From the sequence record KM190144: a stretch of DNA of 64,000 nt, one strand, 5' to 3'. Below the pieces are notes generated by a model. It had not been told where the DNA came from. It did no database searches and worked only from the letters and a program-made list of their open reading frames with translations. The stretch is from Escherichia phage Av-05. Position numbers and translations under genes: made by a program. Below are positions 8,903-18,426 of this stretch, piece after piece (position 1 is the stretch's first letter; every line of letters begins with the position of its first letter).

Positions 8903-9211
8903 CTACCTAGCAATTAGATATTGTATCTTTCCGTCATCTTCCTGATACCCAACATCTACAACATAGTATTCCCCAACATCAGGAATCAACAACTTATCCC
9001 CAACCTCGTACTCTTTTGCGGTATGGTATACCATTGATTCTGTAAAATATTTGTACTTATCCATATCGTTAATGTTGCATGAGATTTCCATTTCTCCGTT
9101 GTTGTTGGGTATGAGAATATCCTCACCATTCTTTTTCCCAACCACATAACCACCTACCAATGTTTTAACTAAGCACAGTGTTTTATTGAGTTTGTCTTGG
9201 AACTTTGGCAA
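8903..9211 (-). CDS. Hypothetical protein
   Basis: ORF in track, 102 aa. Confidence 0.4.
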   Translation of the reverse strand: MPKFQDKLNKTLCLVKTLVGGYVVGKKNGEDILIPNNNGEMEISCNINDMDKYKYFTESMVYHTAKEYEVGDKLLIPDVGEYYVVDVGYQEDDGKIQYLIAR

Positions 9212-9728
9212 AAGAATCCTCCATTTTGTCCAGGAATGTTTCCAGGAGTTTTATTCTTTCTGGTGTGTTAAGATTAAGTGTTTTAATCCCTTTCATCTTA
9301 GCAAGATTGACAGCAGTAGCCGTGCCGCCTCTTGGATTGCCATTCTTATCTTCTTTTGCAAAGTAGAGCACAAAGGAAGATGGCTTTGGGTTGTTAATAT
9401 TCACTCCCAACACTTGATGCACATTCCTAGAATGCAACGCAAATGCTGATCTGTTTCTCAACAATGCTTGTGGGTTTGGATGCACCTTTTGCACCAACTC
9501 ATCTCGATATTCTATTTGGTCGATATATAGATGGTTAATATATTGTAAGGCATAATCCCAGTTATCGTACAAACCCACTTCTTTATCACCAAAACCTTTC
9601 CATGGTATGTAGATTTCTGCGAGTCTGTTACCATACAACATTTTGGTTTTATCGTCAAGGCCATCGAAATATCGCTGCATCCCTCTCTGGAACGCTGCAT
9701 CGGCTCCTTCTGCCTTACCGCTCCGCAA
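9183..9728 (-). CDS. Hypothetical protein
   Basis: TTG start; weak DprA/SLOG-like resemblance (GKAEGADAA, RNRSA) not relied on. Confidence 0.35.
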   Translation of the reverse strand: MRSGKAEGADAAFQRGMQRYFDGLDDKTKMLYGNRLAEIYIPWKGFGDKEVGLYDNWDYALQYINHLYIDQIEYRDELVQKVHPNPQALLRNRSAFALHSRNVHQVLGVNINNPKPSSFVLYFAKEDKNGNPRGGTATAVNLAKMKGIKTLNLNTPERIKLLETFLDKMEDSFAKVPRQTQ

Positions 9729-9762
9729 TGTAAACCCTATTTTTTTTTCAAGGAGTTAAGCA

Positions 9763-11013
9763 ATGACAGCAACAACAGGTGTTGGTGGTTTAATTTATGG
9801 TCGTGCATTGGTTGATCAGAGGACAGGAAAGAAAATAAATTTTGATGAACTGGGCGGCGGGAATATTCCAGAAGACATAACAGATCTTATTGCATCTAAA
9901 GCCCCAATAGAAAGCCCTTCATTTACAGGAAACCCCCAAGCACCAACACCGTTGGATGATGCTATTGGAAAGGAAATAGCTAATGTAGAATATGTGAGGG
10001 GTTTAATTGCAAAATTGGCTGACTCAGCGCCTGAAACATTAGATACTCTCAATGAATTAGCGAAGGCATTAGGTGATGACCCTAACTTTGCGACAACCAT
10101 AACTAACGCTCTTGCTGGTAAACAACCATTGAGTGAAATACTGACATCTTTGTCAGGATTGATTACTGCCGGAAATAAACTAGCTTATTTCAGTGACAAA
10201 AACGTAATGGCTTTGGCAAATCTCTCCGCTGTTGGTCGAGTTATTATAGGGCAAGACTCAAAAACTGGGGTTCTTGATTATCTGGGGATAAAAACCGCCG
10301 CTACAAAAGATGTACAAAACGATATCTATGATGCCACCGATGGGGTAGTATCTTTGCCTGGTGCATTTGGTTTTGGGGCGTTTATCCCTGCCGAGAAAGA
10401 AGTTGTTTTTCAAGAGAAGAATGGGCCAGAGGAATGGGTTTCTTGGTTGAGAAGTGCACAACCTGGTCGTTACCTTGTTCGCCAAGATTTACCTTCAGGT
10501 GGTATACGTATTATTGAAGGGATCACATTTAGAGGTATGGTTGAGGTATTGTCCCTATTTCCAGCGGAGAGTGCGGAACAGGCATCTAAAAATAACAAAT
10601 ATGCTTATTTTTATGGTATAAATGGGGAGTTATACTCTTATCGCTTACTGACTATTTTTGCCAGTGGTGACTGGGTGAATATAAAAGGACAATTCTCTTC
10701 TTTACAGTCTACGGTAGACAATTCATGGGGGAGTCCTGATGTTGGAGGAATAATGTTAGGAGTGTATCTTGGCGCTTCGGACACTGATTCAAACAGAAAA
10801 CTTGTTCGTGGTCAGACTATCCCAGGATCCCGCATAGGGTGTATAACTCTTTACAGCAATGTTTCCGCAACAGGTGCATATCAAAGTACACCAGTTTCTG
10901 TTACACACAGTAATGAAACACAGAGAGGCACGTTTGTAGCCTTATCTGGCTCACCAAGCAACAGCGGTGGTACAGCCACAGGTTACATAGGTCTTTTTAT
11001 GAGGATTGCATAA
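9763..11013 (+). CDS. Tail fibre protein
   Basis: SPSFTGNPQAPTP tail-fibre anchor motif; AAGGAG RBS; N-terminus MTATTGVGGLIYGRALVD. Confidence 0.6.
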   Translation: MTATTGVGGLIYGRALVDQRTGKKINFDELGGGNIPEDITDLIASKAPIESPSFTGNPQAPTPLDDAIGKEIANVEYVRGLIAKLADSAPETLDTLNELAKALGDDPNFATTITNALAGKQPLSEILTSLSGLITAGNKLAYFSDKNVMALANLSAVGRVIIGQDSKTGVLDYLGIKTAATKDVQNDIYDATDGVVSLPGAFGFGAFIPAEKEVVFQEKNGPEEWVSWLRSAQPGRYLVRQDLPSGGIRIIEGITFRGMVEVLSLFPAESAEQASKNNKYAYFYGINGELYSYRLLTIFASGDWVNIKGQFSSLQSTVDNSWGSPDVGGIMLGVYLGASDTDSNRKLVRGQTIPGSRIGCITLYSNVSATGAYQSTPVSVTHSNETQRGTFVALSGSPSNSGGTATGYIGLFMRIA

Positions 11014-11582
11014 TGCTGGATATTAAAGATATTAAGTCCCCGCAGTATCTTCTTAATGGTGACGTTGATTGCCTCGTCCTTTTTGAGGGTTTCTCTGATT
11101 ATCTCCCATACACCGCTTCCAGTAACGACTGTAGCGAAACAGGAAAGGCAGTTTGGGATTCCTTACAATCTGGTAATTTTGGGGAGATTGCCCCGTATGT
11201 AGTAAACCCTCAATTTATCGAGGCATTAAAGCAACAGATGTTATCAGAAATAAAAGAGTGGAGAAAACTGGAAGAAAGCTCTACGGCTATTGTTTCTTAT
11301 AATGGTGCAAGGTATGATGTTGATAATGCAACCCTTGGTCGTATTTATCCAGTATTATTAGCACAAAAAGCATCCCCAGCCAGACAAGCTGTGGTTTGGA
11401 GAGATGTTGATAACAAACCTGTAGAGATGAGTAGCTCTGAATTTGAAAATCTTGTTGTAGCTATGTCTTCCGAGTTGGCAACTAAGAATGATTCAATATA
11501 CATCAAGCAACGAGAAATGAAAGATCAAGTGCTTTCAGCCTCTACGATTGAGGAATTACAAAGGATAAAAATTGGGTGGTAG
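11013..11582 (+). CDS. Putative tail fibre assembly/accessory protein
   Basis: Start overlaps fibre stop (ATGA); position between fibre genes. Confidence 0.3.
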   Translation: MLDIKDIKSPQYLLNGDVDCLVLFEGFSDYLPYTASSNDCSETGKAVWDSLQSGNFGEIAPYVVNPQFIEALKQQMLSEIKEWRKLEESSTAIVSYNGARYDVDNATLGRIYPVLLAQKASPARQAVVWRDVDNKPVEMSSSEFENLVVAMSSELATKNDSIYIKQREMKDQVLSASTIEELQRIKIGW

Positions 11583-13222
11583 CTATGGATTATAAGGATA
11601 AAGTTGTCAATGCTGAAGTCATACTTCCAGATGGGCATAGTATTGGAGGATCAGGACTCCCAAGCCAATCTTTTAAATTATACACAGAAGACACCGCGAC
11701 CATAAAACTTTCAGGTAATGGTGAAAAAGCAACACCACTTAAAGGTGTTGTTGTGGTGGCAGAAGATGAAAATAATGCTCTCCAAGCTGGAGATAATGGG
11801 TTAGCTGTTAAGGTGAGTCCTGCTGCAAATAACCTGCTGGAGTTGAAGCAAGGAGCATTATATGTAACAGCACCAGAGATAAATATTCCAATTTCTCCTA
11901 AAGAAGGAAACGCTTTAACAAATATAACCTCTGAAGGGGAAGAGGGGTTGTATGTTGCGCCTACCAAAGTGCAAGGATGGCTTTATGATTCTGCACCTGG
12001 TGTTGCAGCTTTGCCTGGCGCTTTCGGCTACGGAATGACAGATCCTGGAGCAATTTCACTTATTGCTAACAGTCTTGGCGATGTTGCACGTTCTGCCCAT
12101 AACCTACACCCAGGAAGGTATTATACTTTCACCACACGATCTGAGGAAATGACCGGAATAACAGAAATTATCTGGTTGGATAATGGCTGGGGCAACAAAA
12201 CCAGTCAGACAGCAACAAAGCTGGTTCTGTTTTTTGGAAAAGACGGTCGTATGAAGTATACAATCCGTGGCGACAATCTAAGCGATCCGGCAGTGTGGTA
12301 TGATTTGTTAACTACTAAGCAAACAGATATCTATGATCGTACAGAAGGTGTTGTCGCCATACCTGGCATGTTTGGATTCGGTAGTGATTTCGTCGGTATT
12401 GATACTGTCTATTTTAACAACAAAGCGGAGTTCCTTACTTGGGTGCATAATACTCGTTCTGGTCGTTATCTGGTGAGCCAGATATATGGTAGCGAGCCTA
12501 TCATTAACAGCAATGTTACGTTTAGCGGTATTCTTGAGGTTATCCCAACTGGTAGTGTTGGCGTTGGTTACGAGGAGAATTTACCTAACGTATGGAAAAA
12601 CCTTATTTTTTACGGCGCTAATTACGGCGATATCTGGTACACACGTTTTACCACACAACCGAATAACTTGTCTGGTTGGAGGTGCTTAGATAAGACAACG
12701 GATATAATCAATTTGCAGAACTCGCTTAATAGAAAAGCTCCATTGTACAACCCTAATTTCTCTGGTACACCAACAGTACCTACACCAAGCGATTCAGCAT
12801 CAGGAACCCAGATTGCCAACGTAGATTTTGTTAAAAAACAGGTATCTAATAACACTTACACACTGTCTGCTGGCACGGTTACTGTTTTAGATAGTGGATC
12901 ACAACCTACTATTGAGATAACTGGTCAATCACCATCACAGGTTTTAAATTTGGGAATACCAAAAGCACCTGATGGACAAACAATAAAATCTGTCAATGCT
13001 GTTGTTAAAGAAATAGACAGCGCACAACAGGTTACACTAACTTTTACAATGACAGATGATTCAAGTCAACAGGCGAGCTTTAATATCCCGTTTTCTCCTC
13101 AGCCGACTATGAAGCTGTCAGCAACATCTGGGAATTTCTCTTTCAATTATGGCGATACACCTTCAGCGGAAAAACGCAGCGGGAAGATCTGGGTCTTCTA
13201 TATATTTGAAAACAACAGTTGA
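11576..13222 (+). CDS. Tail fibre protein, N-terminal part (frame-shifted relative to 13149-13553)
   Basis: PNFSGTPTVPTPSDSASGTQIANVDFV fibre motif; stop at 13220 inside overlap with next frame. Confidence 0.55.
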   Translation: MVAMDYKDKVVNAEVILPDGHSIGGSGLPSQSFKLYTEDTATIKLSGNGEKATPLKGVVVVAEDENNALQAGDNGLAVKVSPAANNLLELKQGALYVTAPEINIPISPKEGNALTNITSEGEEGLYVAPTKVQGWLYDSAPGVAALPGAFGYGMTDPGAISLIANSLGDVARSAHNLHPGRYYTFTTRSEEMTGITEIIWLDNGWGNKTSQTATKLVLFFGKDGRMKYTIRGDNLSDPAVWYDLLTTKQTDIYDRTEGVVAIPGMFGFGSDFVGIDTVYFNNKAEFLTWVHNTRSGRYLVSQIYGSEPIINSNVTFSGILEVIPTGSVGVGYEENLPNVWKNLIFYGANYGDIWYTRFTTQPNNLSGWRCLDKTTDIINLQNSLNRKAPLYNPNFSGTPTVPTPSDSASGTQIANVDFVKKQVSNNTYTLSAGTVTVLDSGSQPTIEITGQSPSQVLNLGIPKAPDGQTIKSVNAVVKEIDSAQQVTLTFTMTDDSSQQASFNIPFSPQPTMKLSATSGNFSFNYGDTPSAEKRSGKIWVFYIFENNS

Positions 13223-13553
13223 TCTGAACAGAGCACCTGCTGGCAGTACAGATGTTATGGTGGATGTTCGTTTGACAGAGATACCTTGTACGGAAGACGG
13301 TACGTATCTTGATTATGATATCTATGCAGAATACCCAAGTGTTGTCGGGTCAGGGCAACCCACAGTGGCTGTATGGCTTATTCTGCCAACAGTTCCCACG
13401 CATACCATTGATCCCAAGACGAAGATAATAACTAAACTTCTTCGCGGAGACGGTGGCTTATCAGGACTTAATGGAGTCATTCCTATTGCAGGTGCAGACG
13501 AACAAGTCCACGAGTTTAAATATTTCTTGCAATATTCTTATCTAAACAACTAA
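13149..13553 (+). CDS. Tail fibre C-terminal part (+1 frame continuation, no RBS)
   Basis: No Shine-Dalgarno before ATG 13149; frame is +1 to upstream ORF; A5 run at 13170-13174 in overlap. Confidence 0.4.
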   Translation: MAIHLQRKNAAGRSGSSIYLKTTVDLNRAPAGSTDVMVDVRLTEIPCTEDGTYLDYDIYAEYPSVVGSGQPTVAVWLILPTVPTHTIDPKTKIITKLLRGDGGLSGLNGVIPIAGADEQVHEFKYFLQYSYLNN

Positions 13554-13563
13554 GGGGATAATT

Positions 13564-13821
13564 ATGGCAACAACAGGTGTGGCTGGTAAAGTATATGCAT
13601 CAAGCCTTGTTGATATTAAGACAGGTAAATCTGTTAAAGTTGGAGATATAGTTGCTGGAGGATCCGGTGGCTATGTTCTTCCAGAAGCGACAACATCTAC
13701 ATTAGGAGGTGTAAAGAAAGCAGAGTCCCAATCTGATTCTGTAGCCTCTGAGGTAGCTCAATTAGTAACAGATTTTAATGCTCTGCTTTCCAAGTTAAAA
13801 GCCGCTGGCATCATGGCGTAA
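13564..13821 (+). CDS. Small protein with tail-fibre-like N-terminal module
   Basis: MATTGVAGKVYASSLVDIKTGK parallels N-terminus of fibre 9763-11013; AAGGGGA RBS; followed by terminator. Confidence 0.5.
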   Translation: MATTGVAGKVYASSLVDIKTGKSVKVGDIVAGGSGGYVLPEATTSTLGGVKKAESQSDSVASEVAQLVTDFNALLSKLKAAGIMA

Positions 13822-13825
13822 TATA

Positions 13826-13850
13826 AAGACCCTTCGGGGTCTTTTATTTT
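13826..13850. terminator. Bidirectional Rho-independent terminator between convergent genes
   Basis: GACCC-TTCG-GGGTC hairpin (13828-13841) flanked by A-run and TTTTATTTT. Confidence 0.6.
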
Positions 13851-14248
13851 AGGAAGCTCTGTACTCTTTTGTCCAAATTTGCATTAATATACGGCTCACG
13901 CCCATTTTTGTAGAAAGTACAAATATATTTTCCTGTGTAGGATTGTTTTCCTGAGATAATTGCGACATCATCAAAATATTGATATGCTTCTGCTTGCTCT
14001 GCAATTCTGCCTTCAAAACCTGATGACACAACAATAACGTCCGGTTTAAATGCTTCTCTGAATCTTTTATCGCAAGATAATTGCACAATACGGCTGATCG
14101 CCTCATCTTTTTCTTCTGGCGATAACCAACTTGCCTCGACAGATTTGTAATCGTCAAGATCTGGGTTGTTTTTTATATAGCTGGTAATACCCGCACCAAC
14201 AAGAGCACAAGCACATACTGCAAGCGTAACTTTCAAAATACTTTTCAT
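13844..14248 (-). CDS. Secreted protein / candidate lipoprotein (signal peptide)
   Basis: AAGGAG RBS 6 nt before ATG 14248; MKSILKVTLAVCACALVGAG signal-like N-terminus with Cys near end of h-region; inverted inside tail module. Confidence 0.5.
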   Translation of the reverse strand: MKSILKVTLAVCACALVGAGITSYIKNNPDLDDYKSVEASWLSPEEKDEAISRIVQLSCDKRFREAFKPDVIVVSSGFEGRIAEQAEAYQYFDDVAIISGKQSYTGKYICTFYKNGREPYINANLDKRVQSFLK

Positions 14249-14273
14249 AATATTCTCCTTAGTTGCTAAGGAC

Positions 14274-14302
14274 ATTTTACACATAAGGGTTTTTCGTGTC
14301 AA
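14274..14302 (-). promoter_or_regulatory. Sigma70-like promoter for 13844-14248
   Basis: On minus strand: TTGACA (14297-14302), 17-nt spacer, TAAAAT (14274-14279), about 25 nt upstream of ATG. Confidence 0.5.
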
Positions 14303-14311
14303 GTGTTTTTA

Positions 14312-14340
14312 ATGACAAAAATTGTATTTTGTGATAATAT
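14312..14340 (+). promoter_or_regulatory. Sigma70-like promoter (extended -10) for plus-strand genes from 14375
   Basis: ATGACA (14312-14317), 17-nt spacer, TGaTAATAT (14332-14340); GGAGAG RBS at 14365. Confidence 0.45.
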
Positions 14341-14374
14341 AGTTACTAACAAGTAACATAAAATGGAGAGTTAG

Positions 14375-14893
14375 ATGACAGACCAAGAAATTGTTGATTA
14401 CATCAGGCTCCTGCTTGGGTCAATATCCCCAGAGGCACTACCTGATGAAGTTATCACGGCATTCCTTGAGATGGAGAAAAAAAGAGCAAACTGGCCTAAT
14501 CCGTCATCCACACCGTGTGACATGTGGAGAGTAGTTTATAACACAATGGTAGCTGTATTAAGATGGTTAATTCTTCAAGAGATAAATTCTGGGGAAGCAT
14601 CTATCACAGAAAGACTGGAAAAGATAGGTGATGAGACGATACAGGTAAAAGGGGGATCTTCCTATCAGAACTGGAAAGATTTTCTGGACTGGTTGTTACA
14701 AAACCCTGATTACGTCAATAGCTGCCTGAATGGTGTCTCTGGTTTGGTTATTGTTGGTGGTGTGCGACAGGATGAGTTTTGGCGTGTTAAGAGTAATCCT
14801 AACTCAAGAAGCCCGTTTGATGTTTCCGGTATAGTTCCTCAAACAGGAGTTCCCGGTATTCCTCGGAGATACCCAAAACACAGGTATTGTTGA
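14375..14893 (+). CDS. Hypothetical structural protein (tail/neck module)
   Basis: ORF in track, 172 aa, upstream of sheath gene. Confidence 0.4.
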   Translation: MTDQEIVDYIRLLLGSISPEALPDEVITAFLEMEKKRANWPNPSSTPCDMWRVVYNTMVAVLRWLILQEINSGEASITERLEKIGDETIQVKGGSSYQNWKDFLDWLLQNPDYVNSCLNGVSGLVIVGGVRQDEFWRVKSNPNSRSPFDVSGIVPQTGVPGIPRRYPKHRYC

Positions 14894-14958
14894 CAATCGC
14901 ATTCCTAATTATTGATTTTGCTTGGATAATGTGGTAAAATACCTTAACGGGAGTTCTT

Positions 14959-15435
14959 ATGAGAACAAAATTTAAATCTCATCAAGATTTAAGTGCTGTG
15001 GAGAATTTTTATAATTCTGTACAGCAACTTGATAAAAAACAAGTCTCTTATGGTTATTATGATGATCCACACTATTCAGGACTGAATACTGCAACTCTGG
15101 CAGCTATCCATGAACAAGGCTGGAATAATCTTCCAGCCCGTACATTCATAACTAGCGCGGCTGTATCCTTTCAAAAGGATTTGGAGAAATTACAGAAGGA
15201 GTTATTCGGCACGTTAGCATCTGGAAGTAATAATCCAACCCCGATGCTGAAAAAAATTGGTAAAGCAGGTGCTGAAAAAATTAAGTTTGTGATAGACTCT
15301 GGGCTTTTCCCTCATAATACTGTATCAGATGCATGGGCAGATGTCAAAGGTTTTAGTGCGGCTATGTATCATTATGGGGATTTAAGAGATTCCACGACTT
15401 ATAAAATTTCGAACAGAAGAGGTTCAGGGGCGTAA
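14959..15435 (+). CDS. Hypothetical structural protein
   Basis: ORF in track, 158 aa. Confidence 0.4.
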   Translation: MRTKFKSHQDLSAVENFYNSVQQLDKKQVSYGYYDDPHYSGLNTATLAAIHEQGWNNLPARTFITSAAVSFQKDLEKLQKELFGTLASGSNNPTPMLKKIGKAGAEKIKFVIDSGLFPHNTVSDAWADVKGFSAAMYHYGDLRDSTTYKISNRRGSGA

Positions 15436-15438
15436 ATT

Positions 15439-15873
15439 ATGGCGGGATACAAACTTATAGGCAAGAACAAATTGATACCCAGAGTTACCATGAAAGGTAG
15501 ACACAGGCAGTTCAAAAAGACAGACTTAGATAACCCATTTGAAAATGGTGGGTTGGATATTGAGTATGTTGAATTTGATGTACCTGAATGTGTCGTTCAA
15601 CCTATTAGTGGTAAAGCGGCGAGAGATTACACATCTCAATTAGTTCCTGAAGGTGGTAGGCAGTATGATTCCTTTACTGTGTATTCATCTGTGATGTTGA
15701 AAGGTCCAGTTGAAGGATCTGATAACATGGCTGATCAGATCCTATTAATGAACTCTCGTGGTGAGATGGAGTGGTTCACAGTTATTAAATCTGATTTGTA
15801 TCAGACCACAGGTGTCTCTAGGTTCAGAGCTTATGTGGTGGCAATACCAGAAGGAACAAACGGGGGTATTTAA
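15439..15873 (+). CDS. Hypothetical structural protein
   Basis: ORF in track, 144 aa. Confidence 0.4.
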   Translation: MAGYKLIGKNKLIPRVTMKGRHRQFKKTDLDNPFENGGLDIEYVEFDVPECVVQPISGKAARDYTSQLVPEGGRQYDSFTVYSSVMLKGPVEGSDNMADQILLMNSRGEMEWFTVIKSDLYQTTGVSRFRAYVVAIPEGTNGGI

Positions 15874-16403
15874 TGGCTGATTTTATCAGTACAGATGAGA
15901 TCTTCGATGCCTTGACGAAAACAATAGGTTCTTTTTGTAAAGAGGTTACTGGTCGAAAAGTCGTGCTGGCAGGGGAAGATGAAATACCTAAAGTTGATGG
16001 TGAGTTTATTTTGGTGGATCTTACTGCGGTAGATCAGCTTGACTGGCAATCTGATGATGGATTTACTGATGATGGTCGAGCGATGACAGTCCATAACTAC
16101 GAGGTGGTATATACATTGACTGCTTATCGCGGTAAAGCACCAAATGCCCTAAGTCGTATTTTACAGGCTATGAACTTACCTTTTATATACGATAAGTATT
16201 TCCCAACTAATTCCCCTTTTGCGTATTCCTCTTCTTCAACAATATCTCGGTTAAGAGTTCCTTTGAATGTTCAAAAATATGAAACTCGTGCTGTCGTGTT
16301 GCTAACATTCAATGTTTGCTTTGCAGAAACAGACACTGGAGTTTTCGAAGATTTGGAAACCCTCAATGCGCAACTTTCATATCATTTTCCGAAAGAGGAT
16401 TAA
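15873..16403 (+). CDS. Hypothetical structural protein (possible tail completion/terminator)
   Basis: ORF in track, ATGA overlap with previous gene. Confidence 0.4.
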   Translation: MADFISTDEIFDALTKTIGSFCKEVTGRKVVLAGEDEIPKVDGEFILVDLTAVDQLDWQSDDGFTDDGRAMTVHNYEVVYTLTAYRGKAPNALSRILQAMNLPFIYDKYFPTNSPFAYSSSSTISRLRVPLNVQKYETRAVVLLTFNVCFAETDTGVFEDLETLNAQLSYHFPKED

Positions 16404-16527
16404 AAGAAATATTTTGGTTATTGATAAGCACTGGCTTATTAGTGATCGTAAAGGGCTTTTTGCCCAAAGTACAGCACAAATAAGTGCTGGTCAATAACTG
16501 TACGTACAGAAATAAAAGAGGAAATCG

Positions 16528-17940
16528 ATGGCTTATAATGACAAGGTGGTTGATGTAACAGTCACACTTGGTACTCAACCAATCGACACAAAAGGGTTTG
16601 AAACCCCACTGTTCCTTGCGATCCATAATGTCTTCCCAGAAAGAGTTCGTGCTTATACCGAACTTAGTCAGTTAGTTGATGATGGATTTGCTGTTGGAAC
16701 ACCTGCATACAATTATGCATCTAAGGCATTTTCTGGAACATTCCGTCCACAATATCTGATGATTGGTCGTCAAGGCTTCACCAACACCGTTGTGGATTTT
16801 ACAGGACAAACTAACACAGATCCAGAGACACCTGTTGCATTGAATTTTGTTTCCGGTGCTTACCAGAAAAGCATTATTGTTAACGTTTCAGCTTCCTCTG
16901 AAGCAAATGCGATAGCTACATCTCTGGCAGCTGCGATTAATGCAGACACAACCCTGCAAACAGTACTTACTGCGACAGCAAGTGAAGCCAAAGTAACAAT
17001 TGCTCCAAAAGATGATGGTAAGTTTAGTGTTGGTAAGGACAGTGGCAACATGGTCATCACCAATACCTCTGATGAAACAGTTTCTTCTGTTCTCCCACAG
17101 GTTATGACTGCCAATGAAAACTGGTATTTCGTCAGTACTGAATCCCACACTAAGACATCTATTTTGAGTGCTGCTGCCTTTGCTGCTGCAAATTACAAGA
17201 TGCATGTTTACTCAACTGCTGACGAAAAATCTAAAACTGCCGATACCGATTCTATTGCAGATCAACTCAAAGCATTGCAATACGACACATCTATCGGTAT
17301 GTATGATCCTTTGGCAGACAGTGAGTATCCCGAGGGTGGGATTATCGGAGCGATGGCTTCGAATGACCCTTCCTATGGGGATTCTATCCACCTGAAAACT
17401 ATGGATGGGGTCATTGCTCCAACCTTAAGCGCAACGGAACGTATGACTATCTGGGGTAAGAATCTGAACTTCTACCGCATGATTAATGGTGTGGGATCCT
17501 TCTATGAAGGCAAATGTGCTTCCGGCAATTATGTAGATGTTGTGAGATTTGGTCACTGGCTTAAGTTCCGCACCGAAGAAAGTGTTTTCGGATATATGTC
17601 CCGCAGATCCAACATGGGGCTGTCTGTTAAAATGAGTGATGATGACCTCCCTAACCTGAAGTCTGTCATCATGAATAACCCTATCAACGTAGGTATTTCT
17701 AACGGAGCTATTTTAACAGGTTATGATGAGGTTAACAAGGTCTTCTTCGATCCTGTAATCACAATCCCTCTGCGTGGAAGCATACCCACTAACGATCTGG
17801 CAGCACGTACACTTAACAACGTGAAAGTGGAACTAGTGTACAACACACCACTACATTTTGTCAAGATCCGTATGACTGTCATGCTGGACAAAACAGGTTC
17901 AAATTCTGGCAACGCACAGACAGTAACAGCAGGAGTGTAA
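16528..17940 (+). CDS. Tail sheath protein (putative)
   Basis: 470 aa acidic protein directly upstream of a 157-aa tube-sized gene, chaperones and tape measure; AAGAGG RBS. Confidence 0.5.
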   Translation: MAYNDKVVDVTVTLGTQPIDTKGFETPLFLAIHNVFPERVRAYTELSQLVDDGFAVGTPAYNYASKAFSGTFRPQYLMIGRQGFTNTVVDFTGQTNTDPETPVALNFVSGAYQKSIIVNVSASSEANAIATSLAAAINADTTLQTVLTATASEAKVTIAPKDDGKFSVGKDSGNMVITNTSDETVSSVLPQVMTANENWYFVSTESHTKTSILSAAAFAAANYKMHVYSTADEKSKTADTDSIADQLKALQYDTSIGMYDPLADSEYPEGGIIGAMASNDPSYGDSIHLKTMDGVIAPTLSATERMTIWGKNLNFYRMINGVGSFYEGKCASGNYVDVVRFGHWLKFRTEESVFGYMSRRSNMGLSVKMSDDDLPNLKSVIMNNPINVGISNGAILTGYDEVNKVFFDPVITIPLRGSIPTNDLAARTLNNVKVELVYNTPLHFVKIRMTVMLDKTGSNSGNAQTVTAGV

Positions 17941-17943
17941 TAA

Positions 17944-18417
17944 ATGAATACAGCTATTCTAACGCCGTATGCATATGACCCTAAAAAAGTAAAACTGTAT
18001 CTGATGACTCAAAGAGTAACAGGATTCGCAGCGGACACGAAAATTGTGGTGTCCCGTAATGAAGACAATATCATTCCCCACATGGGGGTTGATGGTGAGC
18101 TATCTGCTGCACTGTCCCGTAACCAATCTGGTGTTATGACGGTTTCTCTTCAGAATACAGCATCATGGAATGGTAATTTAGCAAACTGGCAAAAACAAGC
18201 ATCCGTAACTGGTCTTATTTTCTTCCCTGTTCTTCTGGAAGGTTCTCAAGGTATGGGTTTGAGTACAATTGGATGGATTCAGAAGCAGCCTGACCTTACT
18301 TACGGAACGGAAGTTGGTCAAATGGACTGGGAAATTGGTATTCTGGATGCTTGGTTGAGTCCTGATACTCTGTCCTCTGTTGGCTTCGGCCTCGCTGGAC
18401 TTTCCGGTATCGTTTAA
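17944..18417 (+). CDS. Tail tube protein (putative)
   Basis: 157 aa, follows sheath gene by 3 nt. Confidence 0.5.
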   Translation: MNTAILTPYAYDPKKVKLYLMTQRVTGFAADTKIVVSRNEDNIIPHMGVDGELSAALSRNQSGVMTVSLQNTASWNGNLANWQKQASVTGLIFFPVLLEGSQGMGLSTIGWIQKQPDLTYGTEVGQMDWEIGILDAWLSPDTLSSVGFGLAGLSGIV

Positions 18418-18426
18418 TAATTTCGT

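Noticed and set aside
9183-9728. Possible DprA/SLOG-like Rossmann domain
   Set aside because: The GxxGxD-like element sits at residue 3, too close to the N-terminus for a complete Rossmann fold; resemblance judged insufficient.
13849-14157. Alternative-frame ORF overlapping the secreted-protein gene
   Set aside because: Same strand, different frame, no RBS; the 13844-14248 frame has the RBS, promoter and signal peptide.
16451-16466. GGGC-TTTTT-GCCC hairpin upstream of the sheath gene
   Set aside because: Only a 4-bp stem with no downstream U-tract; not called as a terminator.
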